Assembly (NCBI GenBank): GCA_040954595.2
Contig: CM082577.2
Location: 17,563,500 to 17,627,499 of the forward strand
DNA length: 64,000 bases
Reading direction: 5' to 3'
From: Balanoglossus misakiensis
Lineage: Eukaryota; Animalia; Hemichordata
Below the pieces are notes generated by a model. That model worked only from the letters and a program-made list of their open reading frames with translations, made no database searches and was not told where the DNA came from. Shown piece by piece: positions 63,998 to 64,000 of the stretch. Position 1 is the stretch's first letter. Each line of letters begins with the position of its first letter. The position numbers and the translations under genes are program-made.

Positions 63998-64000
63998 AAG
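63839..64000. repeat. (GACA)n/(GA)n microsatellite running to the window edge
   Basis: Visible directly. Confidence 0.95.

Noticed and set aside
1-64000. tRNA, rRNA, CRISPR arrays or prokaryotic operons
   Set aside because: No cloverleaf or T-loop context, rRNA-like sequence or repeat-spacer array was seen. The window is clearly spliceosomal eukaryotic DNA.

Overview
AT-rich, intron-rich animal genomic DNA. The gene structures and repeat content suggest an invertebrate deuterostome or other marine invertebrate; the taxon is an inference. Positions 2-45.5 kb hold three spliced housekeeping genes that I reconstructed by hand from GT-AG sites and reading frames: PTCD1 (+, 8 coding exons, about 798 aa), TRAF7 (-, 19 coding exons, about 670 aa) and EIF3D (+, 15 coding exons, about 551 aa). 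PTCD1 and TRAF7 are tail-to-tail. TRAF7 and EIF3D are head-to-head across a short shared promoter. Introns and flanks carry many DNA transposons with intact ends: a decayed Tigger/pogo element, TTAA-flanked Kolobok-like and piggyBac-like miniature elements, TAGYCT-ended foldback elements with 9-bp target duplications, nested GG-ended elements, an RTE-X-like LINE fragment, and a family of asymmetric hairpin elements whose internal junction is complementary to their joined ends. Positions 46-64 kb contain no recognisable coding gene, are richer in CpG and hold several microsatellites. Most short ORFs in the supplied track are spurious.
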